A stretch of 64,000 bases of DNA from Antedon mediterranea (lineage: Eukaryota > Animalia > Echinodermata): positions 7,740,201-7,804,200 of the forward strand of contig NC_092670.1 of assembly GCF_964355755.1 (NCBI RefSeq), read 5' to 3'. Both the position numbers and the translations under genes were made by a program. Positions 1 through 10,630 of this stretch are shown here, piece after piece. The notes under the pieces were generated by a model that worked only from the letters and a program-made list of their open reading frames with translations, had not been told where the DNA came from and made no database searches. Every line of letters starts with the position of its first letter. Position 1 is the first letter of the stretch.

Positions 1-1302
1 CAAACAACACGCGATTAAAAAAACATCAATGTTTGTTATTATCCATATCAATATAAAAATTCGATGCAATTAAAAAACAATTTCCTATATCGTAATACTG
101 CAGATGGAAGTTTGTTTACGTAACTGAACACTCATAAAAAAAATGAACTCTAAACTACATTTTCTTGAAAGGTTAGGTTATTAAACTTTATTTAATATAG
201 GAGATTATATAAATTTGTTTGTCTTCTTTGTATACAACGTCTGTGCATCGTACCCACAGTGGTAAAACTTAGGTTAAGTTTAATGTGTATTATCTCCGTA
301 CAGCAGAAAGTTAAAAATCAACACACTGAAAGGTAGAACAATAGATAGCCATTGCCAAAAATAACAATTGTCTTTTTTAATGATATAAAGACAAATTATA
401 CCTCCAGTAATGCCATGACAACAGGTAAATAAAGTGATTATCATGTATCGTACTGTATGTTTGTTGATTATAGTTATATACATTATGGTTAATGGATGGG
501 ATTTTATCTTGTGTTTTTATTAGCTTTTTTCCGTTGCTGCTGTAACTTTTTTTTGTGAGACGAGCATCACGATTTTCGGTGGACGAATAGGCCTACAGTT
601 ACCTTATCTTATCTTAACGCATATTATCCTATTATAGTTTGCAACTCCTCGGGTCGATAAGTCGTTGTGTGGAGCGTATCTAGACATAGTGTTCTGTCGA
701 CTTCTTGTGCCTACATGTTGTTTATTTCTGACAAGCATGATGGTGAATGTATAAAGACATGACTTTTTAGGGTAGAAACAAAATACACTACAGGAGCAGA
801 CAAACAAAATGATATCAGTTCATCGCTAGGTTTGGAAGCCATTTTTTTTGCAAACATGTTTAAACGTCTTTAGGCCAGGCCTAACTTAATTGTTGATAGA
901 AAGTTTTTTCCACTTGTGGACGCAACAAAAAACGTAGGCACAACGTTAGGGAGTGAGTTGACCAATCACAAGTGACAGTTCAGATGATCCATCCCGTCGT
1001 GATTGGGAACCAAGATTTACCATTAATTTGTGCACTAAAATGTATGTTTAGAGATAAAAATAAATTACATAATATTTAACAAGTAACAAACTTCACTAAG
1101 ATTAATTTTTCAAGAAATTAGATTTTCTCAGAATGTGTCCTTAGAGTACCACATTCAGGTAATCAATAATACTTCTTATAATTGGTTATTTAATGAATTA
1201 ACACATAAAATCGAAAGAAGAAGGAAGACTATTTGATCTTAATTACACTCGCGTGTAAGATTTCTCCAGACATTGTGTCTGTCTTTAATGAATAAATGCA
1301 TG

Positions 1303-1410
1303 TTCAATTCAATTCAATTCAATTTCTTTATTGCTGCAAATGCCACCAAGGGCTAATATCCGCTTAAACATACTACATCATACAAACATATACATATTTA
1401 CATTTAAAAT
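1303..1410 (-). mobile_element. 3' tail remnant of an L2/CR1-type LINE or SINE
   Basis: Minus strand reads ...GCCCTTGGTGGCATTTGCAGC-AATAAA-GA-(AATTG)n: short GC-rich motif, poly(A) signal and pentanucleotide tail. Confidence 0.45.
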
Positions 1411-1867
1411 TTAAACACATAAAAGATATAGTGATTACTACTGTTGTAGTTATTATTGTAATTATTGTAATTATTGTTATTATGATTATATTTCTAGGAA
1501 TTTCAATTTTGATCGACTTGGGTTGTTGACACGGAAGTACTCTTCAAACAAAATATGAAAGGTCAATGTATTGGGTTTTATTTAATAGCTTTAAACTTTA
1601 TGGTAACATACTCGTAGAAAAAATGTCGTTGTATGTGTATTAATTGTTTATTGTTTAAAAAATAAACACCATTAATTACTAGTTTGAAGTATCATAATGT
1701 ATCAAGCTGAATATAAAATTAACAAATTGTTCCAATTTTAGACGCCGAGAAGAACAGTTATAAAACTAGACGGCGGGCACTCTATACAGATAGATTTTCG
1801 CGTGATCGGAACATATAGTACCGTTTATTATCATGACAAATATCAATTTTCCGTTCAGAGAACGAAA

Positions 1868-2168
1868 GCTTATGTTTCCACTAAGCGAATTTGTTCGCGC
1901 GAATTCAACGTTTCGCAGAGAAAAAAAATCGCGCTACCCTTATGTTCATCGAGTTTCGCCGAGCTTTTCGAGTCGCATGAGTGCTCAAGAATATTTTCTG
2001 AGATCTGATTGGTTGCGAAATTTTTGTTTCGAAAAAAGTAGAAACATGACGAACTACTGTACCAGAATTTGTCACAGAGAGGGATTTGGAAAAATTCGAA
2101 ACATGAATACTCATGCGTATAAGCTGACGCTTCCGATTCGCGCGAACAAAGTCGCTTAATAGGGTTAA
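1868..2168. mobile_element. MITE / non-autonomous DNA transposon with 23-bp inverted repeats
   Basis: TAAGCGAATTTGTTCGCGCGAAT (1882-1904) matches the reverse complement of 2136-2158 at 22/23. The CpG-rich interior explains four overlapping spurious ORFs. Confidence 0.65.
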
Positions 2169-2759
2169 TACCGCGCCGGCGGGTACTGAATAATATAATA
2201 CGTACTTTTGGCAAGGGCACACTCAGTTGTACTGTAGAAATATTGTTATCTATGCCATCTTATGAAGTCAATCCATGTTTAAAATTACTGACATAAAGTA
2301 GTTATGAGAAGTTCATGTCGATCTTCTTGTCTCAGTTATCGAACTAGGTCAATACTGTAATAATAATAATGATGGGACGTTAAAGAGTTACTTTTCATCA
2401 TCGAGTTAATTATTATAACGGCTATGTATACGTTCAACCTTATAACTTATGTAGACTTATTCTTTCAAGTACATAATTTTACATCTGTAGTACGTGATAA
2501 TTGTATACATTAAGTTGGCACATCCGCGTAATTAAAGATTGAATTTAGCTGAATGTTCTAGAGTAAGAGTCCCATTTACTTTGTTAGCGTCACCATGCTG
2601 TGATGTCAAAACAATATTGACTCTATTACCTTACTTATATAAGTGTATAGACCTACATATGATTATTGAATTAGAACATATATATATTAAGAAAAGTTAA
2701 ATATGTGTGTTCAATTTTGGTAAAATATGATATTTGTGTGGGTCTTGAAAATTGATCTC

Positions 2760-2839
2760 ATGAGTGAGATTAAGGACAGGATTAAGTTTCGGTTATTATG
2801 AGCGAGATTAAGGACAGGATTAAGTTTCGGTTATTATGA
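2760..2839. repeat. 38-bp tandem duplication
   Basis: ATGAG(T/C)GAGATTAAGGACAGGATTAAGTTTCGGTTATT x2. Confidence 0.9.
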
Positions 2840-3039
2840 AAGTAACGTTGAACCATTTAAATATAAATTTAAAAAAATTTAAAATCGATTTTCTCACTTT
2901 TAAATAGCATTCCAGTAATAACTAGGTCGCACAATATTGATTGAATTGATTTGTTTTAAAAGGTTTACACTAATTCATTAAAACACTTTTAATGATCTGA
3001 TGCAATTAATGTTTCTGAGCCTAATGCAATGTAATTTGA

Positions 3040-3152
3040 CCAGTCATAAGTGATGGAATATTCATACTGTCGCTTGTCATTGGTCAATTTGCTTGCGTTG
3101 CACTGCCTTCTTTTAATTTCCTTCGTTGCGTCCTATTGTGAACCAAGCTTTA
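3040..3152. mobile_element. Degenerate partial copy of MITE family A (TIR AGCTTGGTTCCCACTAG)
   Basis: CTGTCGCTTGTCATTGGTCAATTTGCTTGCGTTG...GAACCAAGCTTTA matches the right half of the 24794 and 44582 copies. A further degenerate copy lies at about 905-1015. Confidence 0.7.
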
Positions 3153-3239
3153 GGGGTCGGGACTACCAAAGTAGTTTTTTTGCCTTCTCTATAGTTAAAA
3201 CTATGTATCGTGTTTGGTACATGTTAAAATTATGTAGGG

Positions 3240-3600
3240 CCTCTCTCTCTCTCTGGGTGCCATATCTACAGACGTAGGCCATTATGTTCTGCTACAATTT
3301 TCTGCTTGTTGCTTTCGTTAACAGGTCCACTCCTTGATGTTTTACACCTTTTTCTGTTAACCACTCAATTACATTTATCATCCACATTACTCGTCTTCTA
3401 CCCTACTCCTCTTTCTTTCTATCTATCTTTCCAGTTAATGATGGGTTCTCCAAACCATCTTTCCTTACTATACGACGACCGAGGAATTATCTGCCTTATC
3501 CTCATTTCCTAAAAGAACTGTCCTTTTCACATTAGCTTCTCTGCACACCTCTTTGGTCACGTCAATCCAGGAAATCCTCAACATTCTCCTCAAAAGTGTG
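3240..3600 (-). mobile_element. 5'-truncated, decayed RTE-clade LINE (ORF C-terminus plus (GA)n tail)
   Basis: Minus-strand translation across frameshifts and stops gives LRRMLRISWID...VRKDGLENPSLTGKID...RVMWM...LLTKATSRKL*QNIMAYVCRYGT, the characteristic RTE/BovB C-terminus, followed directly by (GA)7. Possible TSD ATGTAG(G/A)GCCT at 3232 and 3615. Confidence 0.85.
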
Positions 3601-4061
3601 GTTTTTGTAGGAGAATGTAGAGCCTACTTCTTAACCAGAGAAAAAAACATACTGTAAATTGATGGTCACGATTTCCTGTTTTCTCATTCAACCTACACGA
3701 CCAAACCTATTTTTTAATGACTTAGGCCTACTATAACTTCAGCAGAGAGGACTACCTTGATTGAGCGACATCTCTCAGGCTGTGGCACAAACTGATAGCT
3801 ATTAATTCAGTGCAGCTCTTGTTTTGCGTTAATTCTCTACTGAACTTTATTTCACAAGGAAACACACCTTTAAGAAATTCACATGAGGAAGTTTATAAGT
3901 GTTTCGTTTGACCTAAACCAGGTTGTTCCTACTACTGTAGTCGGTCGTCGCAGACCGAAAGCCAGGAACAAGTTATTGATATAATTGTGCGCATGCGTGG
4001 AAGTTGGAAAATGCCTATTATTCAGTGTTGACACAGTTTTTGGTGATTTACAACGTCCAAC

Positions 4062-4087
4062 CAGGGAGTTGTTATAACAACTCCCTG
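4062..4087. mobile_element. 26-bp perfect palindrome with 7-bp direct flanks (transposon footprint or micro-MITE)
   Basis: GTCCAAC-[CAGGGAGTTGTTA|TAACAACTCCCTG]-GTCCAAC. Confidence 0.75.
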
Positions 4088-5926
4088 GTCCAACTGATGA
4101 CGACAATGCGCAAGTTCTAGGGTCGTCCTTCATCGCAAATCGAATGCCTCCTATAATTAGCCGCAATGTTGTTTGAAAGAGCGTTGAGTTAGTTGATATC
4201 GACACCCGAACTGCTATTTGCCCTCTCCATCTTCCATCTTCCCCATACCAGAGTAATTAATATTGGGCTATGATATGACACACCTGGATATAAACATGCA
4301 AACTAATGGGTGTATTAAGTGTAATGCATCCATTACAAACAAGCGGATACCACAGTGCGTTTTACTGAATAGAAAGAAACGCAGGTATTGCTTTGCCATA
4401 AAACAAATCTAGTGCGGGATCGACATGATTTTGTGTGCATACTTCAGAATCATATCTGTGGCGTTTGAAGATCTATTATACAATAAAATTTACTGTCACT
4501 AATGGTACTGAAAATAGTCGGTTGTATAATGCTTAATGGCAATTATTGTCCATTAACAACAATGGCTATTGCTTGCAATGATATTTTAAAAATAACGTCA
4601 CTCAATGCCGTTTTACGTGTATTTAGGCAATTAAAATACAAAATAAAGTTCAGTTACAATATTGTATTATACAAACCGTAATTAAATATTTTCTGATACT
4701 ACTTACTTATATTAGTAATATCACATTTGTATAAGAGAGAGAAGGTTGTACTCAGTATTACTGTTATACTGTAAATTGTATTTAAAATAATAATGAGTAG
4801 AATTGAAGAATATTTCTTTTGGAAACATGACTCGTATTAGACAGCCAATATTACAACTATGTTTGTTTGTTTTTTTCAGATTTAAGCCTAACGAATAAGA
4901 ATACGCATTGTTATTCACATACCATTTATTTTGAATCGAATATCGTATGATTTTCAGGATAACAATTTTGAAGTAATTGTCTGGGCTACTTTCAGGTCAG
5001 GTAAATATAATAATCGTTATTTACTATCACTATTACGGTTGAGATAAATTAACTATTATATTCTAATTTTGAAGAACATCTTTAATATGTTAAAATTGAA
5101 AAAGAAAATCATGCATGACACGTGATTTTCGGATCCACACTGTTTTGGTTGATAATAACATGAATTCTTTATTATATGCAAACATATTCACACTTATTTA
5201 AGCCAACTTCAAACTGAGTCAAAGTAGGTCTAACTCAATGTTTGTATAAACATATGTAATATCATATTCAGACACAAAATCAGATTGTCGATACTCAGTA
5301 ATAAAAATATGACATTGCAATTTTGTATCCTAATTGAGTTCCGTCGGTTAGGTAAACGCACCTGTTTTCCAATAATGAATCATTAAAGTATCTATAATAT
5401 TTAATGCCGCAATATATCGTATTAAAAATATGTTTCATTAATAGGTTATTAACTATATAGCAATAATATGTCTTTAATTTAGCAAAATGCCGCCAACACA
5501 AAGTTGTAAGAAAGAAACATAAACCGCTGTGATTATCTGAAATAATATATCAAATTACTTCGTTTATATTTTTATTTTATTTATTTTTTATTCAGTATAA
5601 ATATGCAAAAGAAAAACAAAACCGACACAGCGGTGACATAATCATAAGATTGTTGAGACATTCCCTGCCAATTTTACACATGTGCGAAGGAAGCAGACAA
5701 GAAGAAGACACAAGGTACAATCAAAGTACGATAAATACATGAGGCTTGATTGTTTAGATTATTAATGGTTGTAAGGCTATTCATATATTTATATTTTGAT
5801 AAGACAATCATACATTCTATTTCTTTGACATTCAAATACGTACAATCCATATTATCTTGAAAAATTAAGATGACGAAGAGTTAGGTTTAACTATGCAACT
5901 GTGCAACTTTTTTCATTTGATTGGAC

Positions 5927-5969
5927 ATCATCATCATTATCATCATCATCGTCATCATCATCATCATCA

Positions 5970-6011
<42 letters not shown>

Positions 6012-6033
6012 TCATCATCATCATCATCATCAT
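5927..6033. repeat. Compound microsatellite (ATC)n(GTC)n(ATC)n
   Basis: Read directly. It produces the spurious poly-I/V ORF 5921-6145. Confidence 0.95.
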
Positions 6034-6397
6034 CTTATTTCTATACGGTGCAAAACTTCATTTGAATAGAGTCGCACATAGACAATACATAAGATACTCA
6101 CTGTGTGATCGTAAGTTCACAACTATTCTGCAAATACAAAATTGAGAGCAATTAGAAGAAGTGTTACGAATCCAAATTTGACAGCAATTAGTTTGACTGA
6201 TATTTGATAAAGTAAATCGATTGGCCAAAGCGTAGAGTTGTGTATTGCTTAACTATGGTGCCTACTTTGTTACAGTAAAAATATCTGTACAAATACTATA
6301 TGTTTACATGTTAGTAAAATGCCATTAAACTACTTCTAGGTGACAGATGCAGTTTAATAGGATTTAGAAATAATGGTATATAATTAATGAAAAATAA

Positions 6398-6508
6398 ATT
6401 CTTATATAGCGCATATAAGCAAGCTCTCAATGCGCTGAACATTATTACCCCAGTCATTTTTGGATCAAATACGTATGGAAACATACTCCCATAATGCAGC
6501 TAGTAATC
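6398..6508 (-). mobile_element. 5'-truncated copy of the CORE-like tRNA SINE with L2-type tail
   Basis: Near-identical reverse complement of 14660-14770 (GCATTATGGGAGTATGTTTC...GTTCAGCGCATTGA(G/A)AGCTTGCTTATATGCGCTATATAAGAAT). Confidence 0.85.
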
Positions 6509-6773
6509 TTAGCACTATGTTATTTAGAATTCTGTCGGATATTTTCCAGTTTATATTAAAATAAAAATCAAATGACGGTATATGACAGTTAAATCTCAAT
6601 TATACTAATAATTAGCGAATAATTATAATAGGTCAAGCATTATATATATATATATGAATAAAGCCTTTGTATTATCAAAGGTTAATTGGTTTTAAGTGTA
6701 AATAAGGGTACCGTTTTATAGTTTGACCATTTATCAATTCATTGTCCCTGTGACAATAGTTTAAATTATTAAA

Positions 6774-7409
6774 ATGGAAGTGATAATAAAGCCTGTTGAA
6801 GAGAAAGACTATCAAACATGTTCTGATCTATTTAGAAATATCTATGTGCAATCACAGATACCTAGTCTGTTTATTTGCTGCATCAAGAAAAGGAAATACC
6901 AAGTGATTTTCATCGCACTATTGGCTCTAGTGTACTATTGCACTCATTCTATTGCACTAGCATGCACTTCTCTATTACTTGGTTTGTGTGCGTTTTGCGT
7001 TTATATCTACTATCCTATATATTCGTATTGTCAAACACAAGAAGATGTTATGGATATTGGTAAACATTATGCTACGGATCGTTCTAAATACTTCATTGCT
7101 AAGAATATTCAAAGTGGGAGGAATATTGGAACGTTAGCTGTATTGGAAACAGAAGAAGATAGAAAAATCGCCGAGTTGAAACGATTTGTGTTGGAAAAGG
7201 AGTACCGATCTAAAGGAATAGGATGCATGTTGTTGAAACATGCTCTAGTATTCTGTCGACGCGCAGGTTACAGAGAAGTACACCTTGAATGTACAGAGTG
7301 CCATAAATTAGCCTTGCGTCTATACAGAAATTTTGGATTTGTAACCGTACCACTTATTAGAGAGAGTAGATGGCCAGCTGCTAGATATAAATGTGGAAAA
7401 TGTCTTTAA
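6774..7409 (+). CDS. GNAT-family N-acetyltransferase, NAT8/Camello-like, 211 aa, uninterrupted CDS
   Basis: Start context AAAATGG. N-terminal IIKPVEEKDY strand/helix, then a long hydrophobic segment (about aa 43-81). GNAT core NIGTLAV...AELKRFVLEKEYRSKGIG (acetyl-CoA motif R/Q-x-x-G-x-G), VHLECTECHKLALRLYRNFGF. AATAAA at 7588-7593. Confidence 0.9.
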   Translation: MEVIIKPVEEKDYQTCSDLFRNIYVQSQIPSLFICCIKKRKYQVIFIALLALVYYCTHSIALACTSLLLGLCAFCVYIYYPIYSYCQTQEDVMDIGKHYATDRSKYFIAKNIQSGRNIGTLAVLETEEDRKIAELKRFVLEKEYRSKGIGCMLLKHALVFCRRAGYREVHLECTECHKLALRLYRNFGFVTVPLIRESRWPAARYKCGKCL

Positions 7410-7778
7410 AATATTACATTATATTATTATATACTTTATTATTACGATAGTGTTAGTCGTGATTATATTATAAAAGGGCGTAGTTAAAAAAGACGTGAAA
7501 CCGATTTCATATCGCCATATTGTTGTAAGCATCTATGTTAATTAAAATGGGCTTACAATTTGTATTAATTATGTTATAGCCATGTCTAATAAAGGGTTAC
7601 TTTACACTTAGAAGGACTTGCACCATTTTTTTCGAGCGCCGATTTGAATTTACATCTTGTTTAGAATAACGTTTGTTCTTCAGATACACTTGTTCTTCCA
7701 GTTCTGTTTTCCTTTTCAATAGCACTTTTACATTCGTTATTTATTCATATGGGATTCTTATACGATTCTTCTTTCTTC

Positions 7779-7882
7779 AGCCTGGTTCCAACCAGGACAC
7801 AACGCAAGGACGTAAGCCGCAACACGACCGAATTGGCCAATCGCAGACAACAGTTATAATAAGCTATCGCCTTTGATTGGTC
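7779..7882. mobile_element. Partial copy (left half) of MITE family A
   Basis: AGCCTGGTTCCAACCAGGACACAACGCAAGGACGTAAG...GGCCAATCGCAG matches the left arm of 44582-44760. Confidence 0.7.
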
Positions 7883-8145
7883 AATTCGCCTAGGGTGCCT
7901 AAAGAATGCATTTACCTGTATATAACCTACTGACCGCATATTTTCATGTGATTGTTGGTGTTTTTGCGACGCGCCTTCATAGCCAAGAGACCTAATATAC
8001 GTCTGGAAAACGAGAGTCTATATATGCGAATATATTGCGTATATTACTTTACTGTACTTATTAGTAGGCCTACAAGGATTTTTTCAAGAATTGTCAAAAT
8101 ATCGATTCATATCATCACATCATATTATATCATATTCAATTAGGC

Positions 8146-9300
8146 CTATTATGCAATAATATTGCCATATATGTACATATATTGCGTTGTCATCGTATTA
8201 TAGAGCCACAGTAACTAGTTACGTCAAAAAATAAAGTGTTTACTTTTGACATAATGGGTTCTGCGCATGTCAATTGTGCTATCATAACCATATTTGACAT
8301 AAATGGTTACTATAGCACAATAAACATGCGCAGAGCCGAATAATGGGTTCTGCGCATGTCAATTGTGCTATAGTAACCAGTTTTACCGAAAAATAAAAAT
8401 TTCGAAAATTGGCAATTTTTTTGAAAAAATCCCTGTACTATAGTACAAGGACATTTCCAAAAAATGGCCGATTTTCGACCCTTTTCTTTTTTGACATAAA
8501 GGGTTACTGTTGCATAATAAACATGCGCAGAGACGAATAATGGGTTCTGCGCATGTTTCTTGTATTTTTCCTTTAATTTTAAGTATTAATTTAAGAAGGA
8601 GAATAATAATAAACACACTTGTAATTGAGTGGTATTTTGATTTTAAAATTTCATATTTCTAGTTAAAATTTTGAATATCTAAATATACCACAAGGTGTAT
8701 CATTCCCTAAATAGCCCAGAAAGCTAAAAAAGTGAGTGAGTGAGGGCAGTATAGTACAGGAAATTTTTCGGAAAATTGCCAAAATATTCACTTTTCAAAA
8801 TACTATTATTATGCAATAATTTTCTATATATGCTAATATATTACGTTATCATCAACTTATAGACGTATAGTAACCATTTATATAAAAACAAATAAAAATC
8901 CCTGTACTATTAACAGCACAGGGATTTTTTCAAAAAAATGGCCAAAATATGCACTTTTTAAAATACTATTATAATGCAATAATTTTCTATATATGCGCAT
9001 ATATTACGTTATCATCAACTTATAGACGTATAGTAACCATTTATATAAAAAAATAAAAATCCCTGTACTATTAATAGCACAGAGATTTTTTCAAAAAAAA
9101 TAGCCAAAATATGCACTTTTTAAAATACTATTATAATGCAATAATTTTCTATATATGCGCATATATTACGTTATCATCAACTTATAGACGTATAGTAACC
9201 ATTTATATAATAAAAATCCCTGTACTATTAATAGCACAGGGATATTTTCCAAAAATGGGCAAAATATGCACTTTTCAAAATACTATTATTATGCAATAAA
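8146..9300. repeat. Complex palindrome-rich tandem repeat (about 160-bp unit x3+, plus shorter fold-back units)
   Basis: Unit starts TACTATTA at 8801, 8964, 9126 and 9281. Each unit contains the palindrome AAAAATCCCTGTACTATTAATAGCACAGGGATTTTT or a close variant. 8250-8560 has alternating TCTGCGCATGT / ACATGCGCAGA inverted units. Confidence 0.85.
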
Positions 9301-10370
9301 TGTATGACAAAAGTAAAGCAACGAGCGTAATCATAACTGAGAATTATTCTTTTTATTATATGCGCAAAATGTCCCTATAAAATGTCCCTATAGGCCTACT
9401 AAAAAAATTCGGGTTATGATAGAAACCAATTTTGTCAACAAATAAAAGTGTCGACACATTTTGCCAATTTGGAACAATATACCAAGGTATTTCAAAATAT
9501 GTGTTTTGCGGGGCATTTTTTTTATTTCGCGCATATCATATTGTATTCGCAAACAACATTTTATATAATATTATCCGCATCCAGGCAAAAATATAGCAAG
9601 CTCTTGTAATACAAAAATATATACAAAACTAAAACTGCTGACTGGCATCAGTTTATAACAAATGAAATGATTAAAGCAACATCAATGAGACAAATAAGTA
9701 ATTGAGAAGGAATTAAATCTTAAATTTATCTTGTTATGTAAAGAAGGGTTGTTTGTATAGGCCTATCTATTTTTCAGAAAATCATATAACATGTTTATCA
9801 TATGTCAACTCAATAATTACCTTTCTACATTGTTTTTATTTATAAGGCATAACATTTCTCTGTCCTTTCTTCCAAAATGGAAACGATTAAAGGCGGACTA
9901 TTCGTATAGTAAGTATGTGGCACATTGGCAACGACTGAGTTATTTTAGGGCTAGCTGTAAATCGCACGACGACGAAGTAGGCCGTTTTGGCGGGCATTAG
10001 CTGCTGTGTCGTCAACCATTATTAAGGCTTAATATGGAATATATCGAGACATTCAATTCTTTTTTGTTACATTATCACTAATGCATCATCGAATTACCAG
10101 TAAACACAGCTGTCTTCGTGATTTCGCTAGTATTATTGTTTAACATGATCAATGATGTTTTCCCGACGTCGGAATTTTCATACAAGAGAAAAACTAATCT
10201 AATAGTGAAAGCAGTTGATTTGTATTTAAAATGCTTTAGAACTGTAAGAAAATAACAATTAAACTTGTTGTATGTTGTAACTCTAGTCACGTGATTTTTT
10301 AAGCAACGAGCGTAATCGTAACTGAGAATTATTCTTTTTATTAAAGCCTATGCGCATAAGTTGTGAGTAA

Positions 10371-10630
10371 AGCTTGGTTCCCACTAGGACGAAACGAATA
10401 GATAATTTATTCAAACTGTTGCTTGTCATTGGTCACCTCGCTTGCGTTGAGTCTACGTCATTGTTTTGCTTATCTGGCGGGAACCAAAAATCGGCCTGTA
10501 TTGAGTTTGGTTAGCGGGAACTTAAAATTAGCCTAGTTCCAACTGAAACGTAGGCGCAAACGAAGATTAGTTAACCAATTACAAGCGACAGTTTAGGTAT
10601 GCATCGCCTCATGATTGGTCAAATTACCAA
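10371..10630. mobile_element. Two adjacent degenerate copies of MITE family A
   Basis: TAA-AGCTTGGTTCCCACTAGGACG...GCTTGTCATTGGTC...GGGAACCAA (10371-10487) and a left-half copy at about 10530-10630. Confidence 0.7.

Noticed and set aside
280-807. ORFs 280-483 and 604-807 (-), the first hydrophobic
   Set aside because: Short, no recognisable domain, stops in adjacent frames. Hydrophobic bias is expected from AT-rich DNA. A decayed membrane-protein gene cannot be excluded.
1802-2222. Four overlapping ORFs of 68-116 aa on both strands
   Set aside because: They lie within a CpG-rich inverted-repeat element and show no protein motifs.
3879-4205. 108-aa ORF and NRF1/ETS-like motif TGCGCATGCGTGGAAGT near 3987
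   Set aside because: The ORF has a non-ATG start and no homology cues, and it spans the palindromic footprint. A single motif is insufficient to call a promoter.
5921-6145. Poly-Ile/Val ORF resembling a transmembrane peptide
   Set aside because: Translation of an (ATC)/(GTC) microsatellite.
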